This document shows, piece by piece, positions 14,068 through 26,997 of a stretch of 64,000 nucleotides of DNA. This stretch comes from Camelus ferus (Eukaryota): positions 60,080,001-60,144,000 of the forward strand of contig NC_045707.1 in assembly GCF_009834535.1 (NCBI RefSeq). Reading direction: 5' to 3'. Under the pieces are notes generated by a model that did no database searches, was not told the origin of the DNA, and was given only the letters and a program-made list of their open reading frames with translations. Numbering within the stretch: position 1 is the first letter of the stretch; each line of letters opens with the position of its first letter. Made by a program: the position numbers and the translations under genes.

Positions 14068-14636
14068 TTTATTCTTTTTGATGTTGTTTTGAATGGAACT
14101 GCTTTCTTAATTTCCTTTTTAGATAGTTTATTGTTAGTCTGTAGAAAAGGAACTATAATTTTTTGTCAATTATGCCTCAATTTAGTTTTTTTAAATAAAA
14201 AGATTTTTATAATGATTTTGTATCATGCAACTTTACTGAATTTGTTAATTAGTTGTAACAATTTTTTGTGAACTCTTTAGAGTTTAACATACGAGACTAT
14301 GTGGTCTTTAAATAGAGATAGTTTTACATCTTCCTCTCCAATTTTGATGCCTTTAATTTCTCCCATGTTCACAAACTGGAAGATTTAATATTAAAATGTC
14401 CATACTATCCAAAGTGATTGATAGATTCAATGCAATCTCTATCAAAATATCAAGGGCACGTTTTTACAGAAATAGAAAAAAAATCCTAAAATTCATATGG
14501 AACCTTTTATAAAGGACTCCAAATAGCCAAAACAATCTCGAGAAAGAAGAACATCACATTGTCTCATTTCAAGATACAAAAAAATGTTTAAACAACAACA
14601 ACAAAAAAAACCAAACAAAAAACAAAAATCAAGATA

Positions 14637-14846
14637 CAATGACTGTTGAACAACATGGGTTTGACTGTATAGGTCCACTTACATGAGGATTTTTTTCAAA
14701 AATAATTGTTACAGTACTACACAATAACACAGTTGGCTGAATCCGTGGATGTGGAAACATGTATACAGAGGGCCAACTATAAGTTATACTCAGATTTTGG
14801 ACTATACAAGGGGTCAGCACCCCTAGCCCTTGCAGTGTTCAAGAGT
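14637..14846 (+). mobile_element. MER8/Tigger2-type MITE (TcMar-Tigger) nested in L1
   Basis: Follows TA; TIR-like caatgactgttgaacaac ... gtgttcaagagt; internal gagggccaactataagttatac motif. Confidence 0.85.
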
Positions 14847-16279
14847 ATATTACAAAGCCACAGTAATTAAAACAGTATGGTACTGGCATAAAAACAGACA
14901 CATAGACCAACTGAACAGAATAGAAAAGTCCAGAAATAAGCCCAGGTGTATACATCAACTGCTCTTAGACAAGGGTTCCAAGAACATACAATGGGGAAAG
15001 GTTAGTCTCTTCAGCAAATGGTGTTGGGAAAACTGGACAGCCCCGAGAATGAAATTACATCCTTACCTTACTCCATACACAAAAATCAAATCAGAAATCG
15101 GTTAAATGTTTAAACATAAGACCTGAAACTGTGTTAAGTCTTTGAAGAAAACTTATGACATTGGTCTTTCTTGCATATGACACCAAAAACATACACAATA
15201 AAAGCAAAAATATATAAAAGTGAGACTACATCAAATGAAAAAGTTTCTTCATAGCAAAGGAAACAGAGTGAAAAAAACCTACAGAAGAGGAGAAAATATT
15301 TGCAAACCACGTATCTGATAAGGCATTAATATCCAAAATATATAAAGGACTCACTTCTACAATTCAATATCAAAAAAACAAATAATCCAATTTAAAAATG
15401 TGCAAAGTACTTGAACAAATACTTCTCTATAGTCAACATACAAACAATAAACAGGTATATGAAAAGACATTCAGCATCACAGATGAGGAAAATGCAAGCC
15501 AAAATCATAATGAGATATCACATCATATCTATTAAGATATCTATTATCCAAAAAACAAAAGCTCACAAGTATTGGTGAGAATGTAGAGACATTGGATACT
15601 ATTATATACATTGGTAGAAATGTAAAATGGTGTAGCCATATGGAAAACCATATGGCGCTCCCTCAAAAAATTAAATATAGAACTACCATATGATCCAGCA
15701 ACCAATCCCACTTCTTGGTACATAACCAAAAAAATTGAAATCAGGAATTTGAAGAGACACCTGCCCTCCCATGTTCTTGCAGCATCATTCACAATAACTA
15801 AGACATAGAAGCAACCTAAGTGTCCAATCACACACACACACAGAGGAGTATTATTCAGCCTTAAAGAAGGAAATCCTGCTATACACAACAGCACAGATGA
15901 ACCTGGAGGACATTATGCTAAATGAAATAAGCCAGACACAGAAGGACAGATGCTGCATGATTTCACTTCTACAAGTTACCTAAAATAGTTAAAATCATAG
16001 AAGGAAAGGGTAGAGTGGTGGTTGCCAGGGGCTACAGGGAAACCTGGAGATGCTACTCAACAGGTATGAAGTTTCAGTTATACAAGATAAATAAGTCCTA
16101 GAGACCTGTTGCACAACATTGTGCCTGTAGTTAACAAAAGTGTATTGTACTGTTAAATTCTGTTAAGTGTTCTTACCAAAGCAGTAAAATGAAAAAAAAA
16201 AAAAAAAAAAGGAAAGAAAGAAATGGGAAGAAGTTATACCTTCTCGAACATTCATGCAACTAGTAGGGAAAGAAAATTG

Positions 16280-16495
16280 AAGGAGCATGGAATTCGGTAT
16301 CAGAGAGAATTGGGCTGAAAATACAGCTCAGCCTCCTTCTAGACGTATAAGTCTTTCTTAGGCTCAGCCCTCTTACCAGTAAAACGGGAATTATAACACT
16401 TGCTTCTTAGGATTGCCCTTGGGATTAAAGTTAAGTATGCAAATACCTACAAGCATAATTGGCACACAGTGAGTGAGCAGGTAAGTACTAGTATC
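16280..16495 (+). mobile_element. MIR SINE
   Basis: gtaaaacgggaattataac...ggattaaa...tggcacacagtgag. Confidence 0.7.
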
Positions 16496-16622
16496 CTTCC
16501 TTTACAGCGTATAAACATCCTGAACTTCTTCCTATTTCACAAAAATGCTAAAGCAAAAATGCTAGAGTGACTCTGAATAAGAATCTAATGTACATACTAT
16601 AGATGTGATCCCTTAAAAGCAG

Positions 16623-16700
16623 AATTGAATCACTATGCTGCACACCAGAAACAAACACAACACTGTCAATCAACTCTACTTCAATCTGAAAAAAAAAAAA
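16623..16700 (+). mobile_element. Very short L1 3' tail (artiodactyl type)
   Basis: tgaatcactatgctgcacaccagaaacaaacacaacactgtcaatcaactctacttcaat followed by poly(A). Confidence 0.85.
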
Positions 16701-19700
16701 TAGTATCTGATGTAATAAGAATAATGGAAACAGACTAAGGGAAGTGAACTGACTCAAGGTAACAAGCAACAGGGAACTGCTGCCTTTGTAAGCCCGCTTG
16801 CAGGCAGAGCGCTCAGAAGCGAGCTGACTGGCCCCAAGTCTTTCCTCTCCAGCTGCTACTTCAACTCCAGTCCATAAATGGATGGCGCCAAGTGGCTCCC
16901 TATCTGACAGCTGCTCAGTATCCCACATGAAACGGCGCTCACATCCAGTTCAAACTCCACCGCGCCGGCTGTATCACTGAGTCCCACGACATCGCACACT
17001 GCAGCAGCACCGGGCCCCTGCTGCAGGCTGTCATTCAAATGAAAAGAAGGATGCAGGCAAAAACCTTTTTTGCCCCCAAACTGCTAAATATGTGCTGTGC
17101 CTCTTCCTCTGCTCGTCAAGAATGTATTGACTGAAAACTCACGTGGTGTACAAGATAGGAGGTAGGAAGTGCTTGAGAGCTTCCCTCTGTCCTTCATTCC
17201 TTCCTATCTTCTAACACTTTGGGAGCAAAGTTGCACGCTCAGCACAAAGCTTACAATATATTATTCTTGCCCATCCCTGGACAGGATGTTCAGAAGATGT
17301 GAGGATGGATGCCTGCTTGCTACCTGAATGCAGGATCATTCCTTTCAAAGGAGGGAGAGGGAAAGGAAGAAAATGCAAATCCTTGGGAGGAATATGTAGA
17401 AGGGTCTGCCCTATTATGCACTTAATGAGTTTATGTCTGTCTTACAAGGGGATTACCATAGTCACTGCCATTAACGTTTAACAACGCCCTTTTAGGCAGT
17501 TGGAAGAAAGATGTTAAAATAAAATAATAATTATGAAAATACTAACAATTTTATTATAATAATAAATGTGGGGTTTTCCTCCTCTGCTGATTGTTCTAAA
17601 TACATGTGCTTTAATAAAATGCTAAATAATTATATATTGAAAATATTTGGGGGAGCCACGTTCTATTATGAGTAATATAATTGAGAATACTCACTACAAC
17701 TCACCAGTTTCATAAAAAATGTACTGGATATATGAATTTTGCTCTTAGGGAACATAAACTTACCTTAAGTTGCTATAATAAATTCTGAGAACACACAGTA
17801 AGTTCTTATAATGGCAAGTATTACCTTTCATAATCTTGGCCTTATATTCTAATTGCTTCACAACAAATTCATCAATTGTTTTACCAAGATGCTACCTATA
17901 TCTAAATGTCATGTTATAAAATTTCAAAACACAACTGTGTGCATGTATTTAAAAAAAAGTTGGAAGAAAGTATTATCTCAAGATCTTTCATTTACTTCTG
18001 ATAACCACACACAAAGTGTGTCAAAAAGAAGTACTCAATAGTGTTCCAGTTGCTAAGATATTAGAACTAGTGATTTTAATCAACATGGACACAATGACAC
18101 ATCTACGTGTACAGCCCGGCATGAAATGTCTCATCAGAAAAAAAGTGTTTAGCTTCACAGTGTCAAAAAATTAGGATTTACCTTTAAAAAGAAAAACTAC
18201 ACACTGCTGTATTATGCCAAATGATATTGACAAGTTCAAGTCTACAATCATAAAATATTCCCTTAAATAGGATACTGTTTTCCCCCAAAAATGGGGTCTG
18301 AGAGCAGTCCCTTTCAATTCACAAAGACAATAATATGATCATATCAAACCTACAATGTCAACAGGTTTATGATCACAGACACTTGATGAGCTGAACATTG
18401 TACCTACCCTTCAATAATGCTTGCCGTGTGACAGGGCCTGACGGTTACCATAGTGACCGTGTGGCGGCTTCTGATTTATTACCCTGTTCCCCAGGCCTGT
18501 GATGGCTCCTAGGCTATACCTTCAGAAGCTATTTCAGATTTGAAAGCTACACCATGATAAATGTCCACTATCTGAAAGATACACTCAGCAGAAGGTAACC
18601 TTGGAGAGCAGCGTTTTAAATGCAAATTGCCAGCTTTGCCCTGCTCTTAGAATATGAAAGAGTGATTCCAAAGCCATGAAAAGGGGAGACCTCTGCCCCC
18701 TGACACATGGATTTGTCTCCTTAGGGATTGTCATATTCAGGGATCTCACCCAGTGAATAGTTAAGCAATCTGAAACAGAAAATGAGGCAATAAATTCTGC
18801 TGAGGCTAGCCCAAGCAGCACATTGATTACAGAAGCAGGCATGCATCTAAGCAATTAGTGAGGCATTCAGTTATGGGGCGCCAAATGTTCAATGTATTTA
18901 GAAAGTTATCACCACCGGTCAATAAATTATGTCATTTCATTTCAACTAATTGACACAGCTAACGCTTTCACACGGAACCCTGAAAAGAGCATTTCAGGGA
19001 ATAAATCTCCCAGCCCAGGTGTCAATTTGCCAAGTGCTTCCCAGTTATACATACCAAAGGATGATGAGTTTAAACAACAACAACAACAAAAAACAGGTTG
19101 TATCTGGTTTTTCCTTTAGGAAAACACAGCACACGCAATACCAGTGATTTGTCACAGGAGTTTGTCACACAACTAGGTAGTACATAGATATTAGCTGTCA
19201 CCACTACAGGTGTGAATTAACATCCTAGGAAAATTATGATACATATGGTTTCATTCCCTTCCATTGTCTGTCTCTTCTTTCCTTTGACTGCAGGGCAGTA
19301 AAATACTGAGGGAATATGGCCTTTCAAGCTTATCCAGCCCATAAGCACCAAACACTAATTTGTGTATTAGCAAGTACCACACGGCAACCGAGTTATTGAT
19401 TCTGCCATCGAAATCCCTTTCCTTGACAGGAAGGATATTGCTTTTAGGATAAATAAAGCAATCTCCATGATCATTTACGTCCAGTTCTTAGAGCTCTGTT
19501 TGCAGACATCTAAGGATGAAAACACACACAGTATTTTCACAGCATAATAGATCAGCACAGATGGAAACCAGTTTGCTTTCTCTTTTGCAGGACTGTTAAA
19601 AAGCGTGACCACGGCCAGGGATGTGCTCTTCCTGACTCACAAAACCCAGAGGTGAGGGTGTATCTTCCATTTTCTGCTTTGTTGATTCATCAAACCTGTA

Positions 19701-22700
19701 CAATTCCTGTCTGTGGCATACATTAATGGGCTCTCCATAAATCACTGCTGACCTAATCAAAGACTTACTTAATACTAAGTCTTATTTTGTTCTGTTGGTA
19801 GATGGGAAAGAGAGGAAGATCAAATAAGGCAGGAGACCTCTCCTTTTCAAAGAATTGGAACAGACATATTCACGGACAGTTTCAGGAACTACTGTCAAAT
19901 TTAAAATCAAATATTCTAAGGTGTTTTGTTTTTTGGGGGTTTTTTGTTGTTGTTGTTGCTTTATTTTTTACTTATTTAATTAATTAATTAATTATTTTTT
20001 TACAGGGGTAGGAAGATAGGCAGAAGCTGATTACCTTAGATTAGTTATTTTAGTTTGTACTGGGTAAACTCAGTAGATTACATAAAACTCTCCACCCACC
20101 CACTATGCCCCTCAGCTCTTTATAGCAAATGGTTACTTGTCCGTGAGCAGAGCAAGATACTTAATTGAATCTGACCTGTCTGTTCCCATAGCTAGGAATT
20201 CATACCTCACGTATGAGACCAACTTGGGATTAATATCTTATATTGCAAATCAGATAGAGAAGAGGAAGAATTCACATAATAAGGTATTAAGAAGTCACAA
20301 GATACCAGCATCTAGAATGAAATACTTCATTACTTTAATAACTGTATCCATTTATTTGGTATTAAGAAGTCCTCAAGTTCAAATTCTTTATATATTTTTA
20401 TAAAAACATAAATAGCACTGCTACTGTGATCAGCCATAAATTAGGCAAACACATAATTTGCAAAGCTGGCTTGACCTCTATTGTGCACAACAGTGAACTA
20501 GTATTGTCCTGTAGGTCTCTACTCTGCTAATGTCCTGGGAGCTACAGCAATTGCCCCAACATTCCCAGAAACTCCTCACTCAAAGCCACTTTCCAGGTCC
20601 CAGTCCTCATCAGGAGTAGGGCAGCTCCACCACCACACCCACGACCAGAGCCCTTTAAGGACAGAACAAGGCAACCACAGCAGGTTTTTACATCACCTCC
20701 TAATATCCTCTCCTGCCCTCCCCCTCTGCACCCCCTCAAGGCTTCTGGTATAGTGAACACTCGTGATTAAAAGCCAAATGGAAGGCAAAACTACTAATCC
20801 CTTCCTGTCGACTAATTCTGAACCAATCAGATCACCACCCATCCAGACCCAGAGCTAGAAAAGAAAGAAAAGTGCTAACAGAGGTCCCCAGTCTTCAAAC
20901 ATCTGTTTCAGCAGCTCCTGCAAATTCTATCATTTACTTCCCGTACCTACATAGCCCACTAGGAGTTAACAACTGTCAGCCAGGCAAGAGTCACTCTGGC
21001 CCAGGGGTCAGCAATCTTATTAAATCCCTATGCCACCACTGGGACAAAATAATACGCACACTGCTCAGTGCAAGGCAAGGGGGGGCAATGATTGAAGAGA
21101 GAGAGAGTTAGGAAAGCCAGAGAGAAAATGAAAAAAGAGTAAGAGCTGAATGAGAGCAAGTGATAGAGAGAAAACCTCCAAATGTGGCCTCACCTGGACT
21201 GTTCCTACCTTTCTTCTTAGAATTCACCAGTCAAGAAGGCATTTGGTGTAATTAAATAACCGTTACAGTTGAGAACGTTTCTAAGACAGAGCACGGTCTC
21301 ACATTTTTGTAATTGATGTCATTCTACTGTGAAACCGCGGCCCACACCCAGAAGCACTGGTGTAGTCATCCTTTGGCATTTTGTAGACAAGTGCTAAAAT
21401 GCTGCAAGTACGAAACATATTGACATTTATTTTTATAATGGCAAAGCTCCAAAACAGAATGAACCGTCTTTCATTTTAACGAACAAGAATTGGGCTGGAG
21501 CAAATGCACATGATATTAACTTCTTGTTTTTAATCTCATTCATGTATGCTCAATACCTATTAAACCATCTTTCTAGTGTTATCTCAGCTATGCAGTTGCC
21601 AGTTTACGTCCCTTCTGTTTGCGTATGTTCATACTAGAGGGAGAACTCAGGATCCCTTGTAAAGCTTGTAATCGTGGATGCAGAGGCCTAGTGAGGCCAT
21701 TTTCAGATGCACTGCGAACCGAAGAAAAGTGATGTTCACTTCATTTGTTGAGATAAAACTTTTACTTCACAATGCACAAAACTTCAGTTATTTCAAGAGA
21801 AAGCCTCTATGAGTACATCCAAGAATACACCTTGCTCTGTACTAACGCTGTCCAGAAATTTTTTTGAAAATAGCATACAACAAAAGAGACATCTAACCTA
21901 AAGATAGTGGGATTGTGAGGGGAGACAGCCATGACCTGCGAGAAGCAGTTCAAAGTCTGTGGTTATATAACCTGGGGAAGAAGACCGACCCCGGGGAGGG
22001 TTCTCCACATAACGGAGATTAGATGTACTCTTGATAATAGCAGGTATCAGACTAGTGACAGTGAGAAGGAATTTAGGCAAACCAATGACAACTTAAAATA
22101 AGAAAACTTTCTTTTTCAAGTATCAGCATTATTTAAAGACAGAAAGAGCTTTGTAAGTTAGTGTATAAGAATCATCTAGAAAGCTGGGAAGAAGGGTATA
22201 GAGAAAATTCAAACTTAAGAAAAATGACTCGAATATTTCAGGTCCCTTTGAACCAGACAGACTATGACATCTGATCACTGGAAATGTTATTAACCAAGAA
22301 CAGAAAAATGACAGACTACTCTGAAGCACTCTCAGGACTAATTAGCAACCCAGTTACTTGCTGCCAATGCTGACTGGTCAACGACAAAATGTAAGTCATT
22401 AATATTTATTTCTTTTTCCTGAAAATATGGTTTTTATCAAAATAGGGTTAAGCAAACAAACCAAAGAAGTGCTCTAAACTTTCAATATGGCACTGAACAC
22501 AGCTCAAATATTCCATTTCCGTTTCCTTCTCCTAATCCCAAGGCCATTTTCCACTAGCAGAGAAGATGGAGCTGAAACAGGTTGAATAAACACAACAGAA
22601 GAATCGGTTCTATCTCTCAAATCAACAATGAGCCACTTCTGTGCCCTCAGCCGACATCACAAATCACTTTAATACAATTTTCTGCAGCTCCTCTGTAAAG

Positions 22701-23007
22701 AGTCCCTTTAGGTGGTAGGTAAGTGAGGAAGTGTTTGAGGAACTGGTCTTTTCTCACTGGTGTTTCACAGTCATATGCTTCCTGTGACAATTTCTGAATA
22801 TTCCACTTACTGACATGTATGATCCGTACTCGTCAGCTGTCATGTGGTAGAGAGGCTGGGCTACATACAGCTTTAATTTCCCTTCCAGACCTAGGAGTCT
22901 GCAAAGCTCATGAAATATGAAAGTTAAAGCTGAATCAATATACACAATTCAAAAATTTTTCAAATACTGATTTTTTTTCTTTCCCTAGGAAAGCAGGGAG
23001 TGTTGTA

Positions 23008-23126
23008 GTTATTCATTTTTCATTATTTATTAAGCACCTTCTGTATGTTAGACATTATTCTAGGAACTGGGCATACAAAAATGAACTAAAGAAAACCACG
23101 GCCCTCATGAGCTTATATTCTAGTGA
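23008..23126 (-). mobile_element. L2 3' end
   Basis: tatttattaagcaccttctgtatgttagacattattctagg...gccctcatgagcttatattctagt. Confidence 0.8.
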
Positions 23127-23509
23127 CACATTTAAACTGTTCTAAAGTACTTGAACTGTGAAAATCTCAAGCCTTTATAAAACTTCACATACACGGAAAG
23201 GCTATAGAATGTATATGTGTATATTTCATGCATAATCACGCATAAAATAGGAACCCAGAAGTTGGAAAAAAAACAGCAAGATTCTATGTTATTAAGTTAA
23301 CAGATTACACACAAGATAGGTTAGAAAAATATAAGCATACACCCAAAAGCTAAAGAACATTATTCCAAAATCCAAACACATGGACCCATCAGGCAGAGAT
23401 TATGAGATCAGAGACAACTTCCTGTGAATGTGTGTCTGTTGACTATGAGCCTTTAATCATCAGGTACACACTGGGTGCCTAATAGGTATTATTAGCTCTG
23501 GCACCTTTC

Positions 23510-23770
23510 ACTCATTATGCTTACTATGCGCAAGTCACTGTGGGAGTATATAAAGATAAAAGACATGGTCCCATGGTCAAGAGGCTTAGAGTTTACTAGC
23601 CAAGATTAGACAAACACCAAAGTCCTAACACAGTGATTAAAAAAAAAAAGATGCCCATACTCTGATAGTAGTGGGTAGTGCAAAACTGTTGGAAAGAAAA
23701 GTGAGAGGCAGATTTTGGAGACCGTGAAGGCTAGGTTAAGGCTGAGCTGGGCAGCATTCATGGCACCGTC
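23510..23770 (-). mobile_element. L2 fragment
   Basis: gcttactatgcgcaagtcactgtggg...agacatggtccc...gcttagagttta. Confidence 0.6.
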
Positions 23771-24577
23771 TCTAACGTCTGGATCAGTGTCCAGGGCAAA
23801 GACTAAGAGAACTGAGACCACAGACAGGACCCTGCCCCTATCTGCAACAGGCAGGGATGGGTAATGCCAACAGAGCTCATGTGGGTTTTCCCTAGAGAGA
23901 GGCAGAACGTGGTCCAAGTGTCTGGCATCAGAGGACAAGGCTAGATACAGAAGACACAGCGCAATCAGGGAGGATCTAGGTAGGCACAGGCTGGGTCCTG
24001 GAAGACCCGGGTGGAGGCTCTGACGTGAGGAGATGATGCTGACACAGCTACCGACACGAGGTTCAAGGTGTGTTCACCAGAGAACCCAGGGAACAGAACC
24101 CAGACTTCGTAAAGAGCAGGGCAAGAATAATGGCTAATTTTATGCTTAACCAATCAGGATAATTTCCTGGGTTTCTGAAATTCCCTCTGACTAAGAGATT
24201 CCCCTCAGAGACTGAGAGGAGGATAAAACTGCAAGCAGGAGCTGAGGAATCTCAGCTCTAGAACTGAGAAGCCTAGAAGTGGAGGAAGCCAGGAAACCAG
24301 GAATCTAGACGAACCATTTCATCTGCCCTGAAAGAACTCTCCAATATCTAGTATGCTGCAGGGCAAAACTGCTATGGATTTTACAGGGAACATCAGCAAA
24401 TACAAGAAGACAGAATTTTCCTCCAATAGCTATGATTTAATTTCATATGACATTCAGAGCAAAACTCATCAATACTTCCCTCTAGAATATTCAGTCTTAG
24501 AGAGTTACCAAAAGATTTGTGGTCTGTCCTACTAATAAAAATGTATTTATTTCATGGAGAAATTAATAAAGAAAAAA

Positions 24578-24705
24578 GTGACTTTGAGCAAGTTATATCA
24601 CCAAACCTTCTGTATATTGAACATGATGATATAGGGTCATTGTAAGCATTAAATGAGATGGTAAGGGAAGACTTCACTCAGGTACATATTATCATAGCTT
24701 TTACT
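24578..24705 (+). mobile_element. MIR fragment
   Basis: gtgactttgagcaagtta...atagggtcattgtaagcattaaatgagat. Confidence 0.65.
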
Positions 24706-24707
24706 AC

Positions 24708-24930
24708 TGTTACTTCATTAAATACTCTGCACCACCAATGGTAAAATACAGTATTATATTATAAGAAAGTAAGCAATATAAAATAATATACTAGAAAAGA
24801 AATAATATGGTAGGGAAGAAAAGAAAAAAAAACTGTCAGTTAACCATAAGGCATCACTGATTTTAAGATACATCCTGATTTCAGAGATTTTTTAATGTGG
24901 AAAAATGTGTGTTTTAGCAGTAAAGAAAAA
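24708..24930 (-). mobile_element. MER104-like Tc2/Mariner MITE
   Basis: taagatacatcctgatttcagagattttttaatgtggaaaaatgtgtgttttag matches the MER104 consensus as I recall it. Confidence 0.65.
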
Positions 24931-26771
24931 AATGATACAAAAAGTGATTAAATTAACGGCTGCTTTTAAATACAGGATCATACCTGAATGGCATTATCAT
25001 GCTTACAGTGAAGATTAACTCAATCACTAACTTAATCAGAGGACAGAACTACATCATGATGCAATGTCAATTTCAGCAGCACAGAAAGTACCATATTGGC
25101 CTTGAAAGGGATCTTGGAGAGGAGCCTTCTTGCCCTTCCGACGCACCCCCACACCGATGGAGCACTTATCTTTATAAGACGCAAGTTCACCACTCCCTCT
25201 GCGGTTCCACGGGTTCAAAACCCTTAGGACAGCACATGAAGTCCTGCCAACATGGTCCCCTTCTGGCTTTGGAGACTTGACGACTGCCCCCTCCAGCCAC
25301 GCACTCTCGGCTGCAGCCGTGTAGCACACCCGGCATATTTTCAGTACCTGAGACACGCCATGCTGCTTCATCTCTCCTGCCAACTCTCAGAATCCTACAA
25401 GACTCAATTCAAACACTTTATCCACTTCTGAAGACTTCTATGACACAAGCCCACCCCCACCCCCTCGTGATGACTACCCATCAGGAATGGCAACCAAAAC
25501 AGCAGGTACTTCCTCTTCACGCTCCCACAGTGCATGGCCCATTCTACGGAAGTCTGTTGGGAGTACGGGATGGTGAAAAGGAGACCCTGGATGGCCACCC
25601 GAAGGGCATGCTTTAAACTTAGCCAATTTCACCACAATCTAAGGCCTGGTCCTCACATAACTCAGTTCCAGCAGTGACAATGTTTATCAGTCCAGAGAAG
25701 CTAAATCACACTCCCTAATCTGCCCGAGACGCAAGTGACATAAAGAGAAAGTCCTTCGCCCAGCTGCTAATCAGGACAGAATAAAGATAAAAACATACAT
25801 GTGAAATGACAGTGTCAACAAGTTTCTTGCCTTTATTATACCTAACCGGCTTGCATCCTCTTCAATACCCTCAGCAGGTCTTATTTTTATAGCTTTATTG
25901 AAGCAACATAGTTGTTTTTTTTTTTCCTTTGTCTACTCTGCCTTGAGAGAGGATTTTCCAAAAGCCCAATCCTTATACTCCTTCTCCTTCTGATTTTCAT
26001 CGTCACAAAGACATAATTTCGCCACATCATGCCAGGAAATGAGTAACTATGCTAACGGCACCTAAGAAAATATGCAAAGTACTAACATTTCTAAAGCCAA
26101 GAAAGATTTTTAACACATTGTCTTTATCCGATTTCCCTCCTAAAGATAAAAACTGAGTGACTGTGTAACAGGAAGTATGTTTTCAGTGCATAATTATATA
26201 TATCTTATATATGTTCCACTTTACTCTTTCTAATTTCTTCCAAGAAATTACGTACTCATATGAAACTAGTTATTATGTTTATTGAAAATAGACAAAGTCA
26301 GCATTTCAGCAGTCACACACATGAGCATCTCTTTCCCCTGAGCTGTGTATAATACACAAATATCTCAAAATATTTTGGGTTAACACTGTGAGTTAATATC
26401 TGTTTAATACCAATGACTAATTTTGTATCACCAGAAAAGAAATTACTTGAGAATTTTAAGTATACATTTGGGTGTTCCATTATCAAGTTACCCTAGTGTA
26501 CAATCCTTTTGGCTAACAATATAGACAATGCTGGATGAATCCATTTTTCTAACCAGAATGCAAATGCAAAAATCAATTATCTCAAAAATTTTGACAATGC
26601 TGTTGCAGGAGAAAAAAATTAAAGAAAGCAAGGAAATTCATGAAATTCTAACAAATGAGATTTGGGTAAGCTTCATCAGACAGAGATTAACAGTTGCCTC
26701 AAAATCACGGCATGGCATGTGGATAATGTTAAACATGGGTAAACACAGGACACAAAGGCTCTTCTGAATTT

Positions 26772-26997
26772 AAAAATTTGTAGATACTGACAGGCATATG
26801 TAGAATAGATAAACAAGATTACACTGTATAGGACAGGGAAATATATACAAGATCTTGTGGTAGCTCACAGTGAAAAAAATGTGACAATGAATGTATGTAT
26901 GTTCATGTCTAACGGGAAAATCGTGCTCTACACTGGAATTTGACACAACATTGTAAAATGACTATAACTCAATAAAAAAAACTAAAAAAAAAAAAAA
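26772..26997 (+). mobile_element. Young camelid-type L1 3' end
   Basis: gatactgacaggcatatgtagaatagataaacaag...gactataactcaataaaaaa followed by poly(A). Confidence 0.85.

Larger units (their letters stand above)
13265..16219 (+). mobile_element. L1MA/L1MB-type L1 with inverted 5' segment (13265-14362 on -, 14363-16219 on +)
   Basis: ORF2 remnant [21 protein letters not shown] (ORF 14830-15105); 3'UTR gtttcagttatacaagataaataagtcctagaga; poly(A); degenerate 16-bp TSD. Confidence 0.88.

Noticed and set aside
14830..15105. 91-aa [16 protein letters not shown]...
   Set aside because: Decayed L1 ORF2 fragment.
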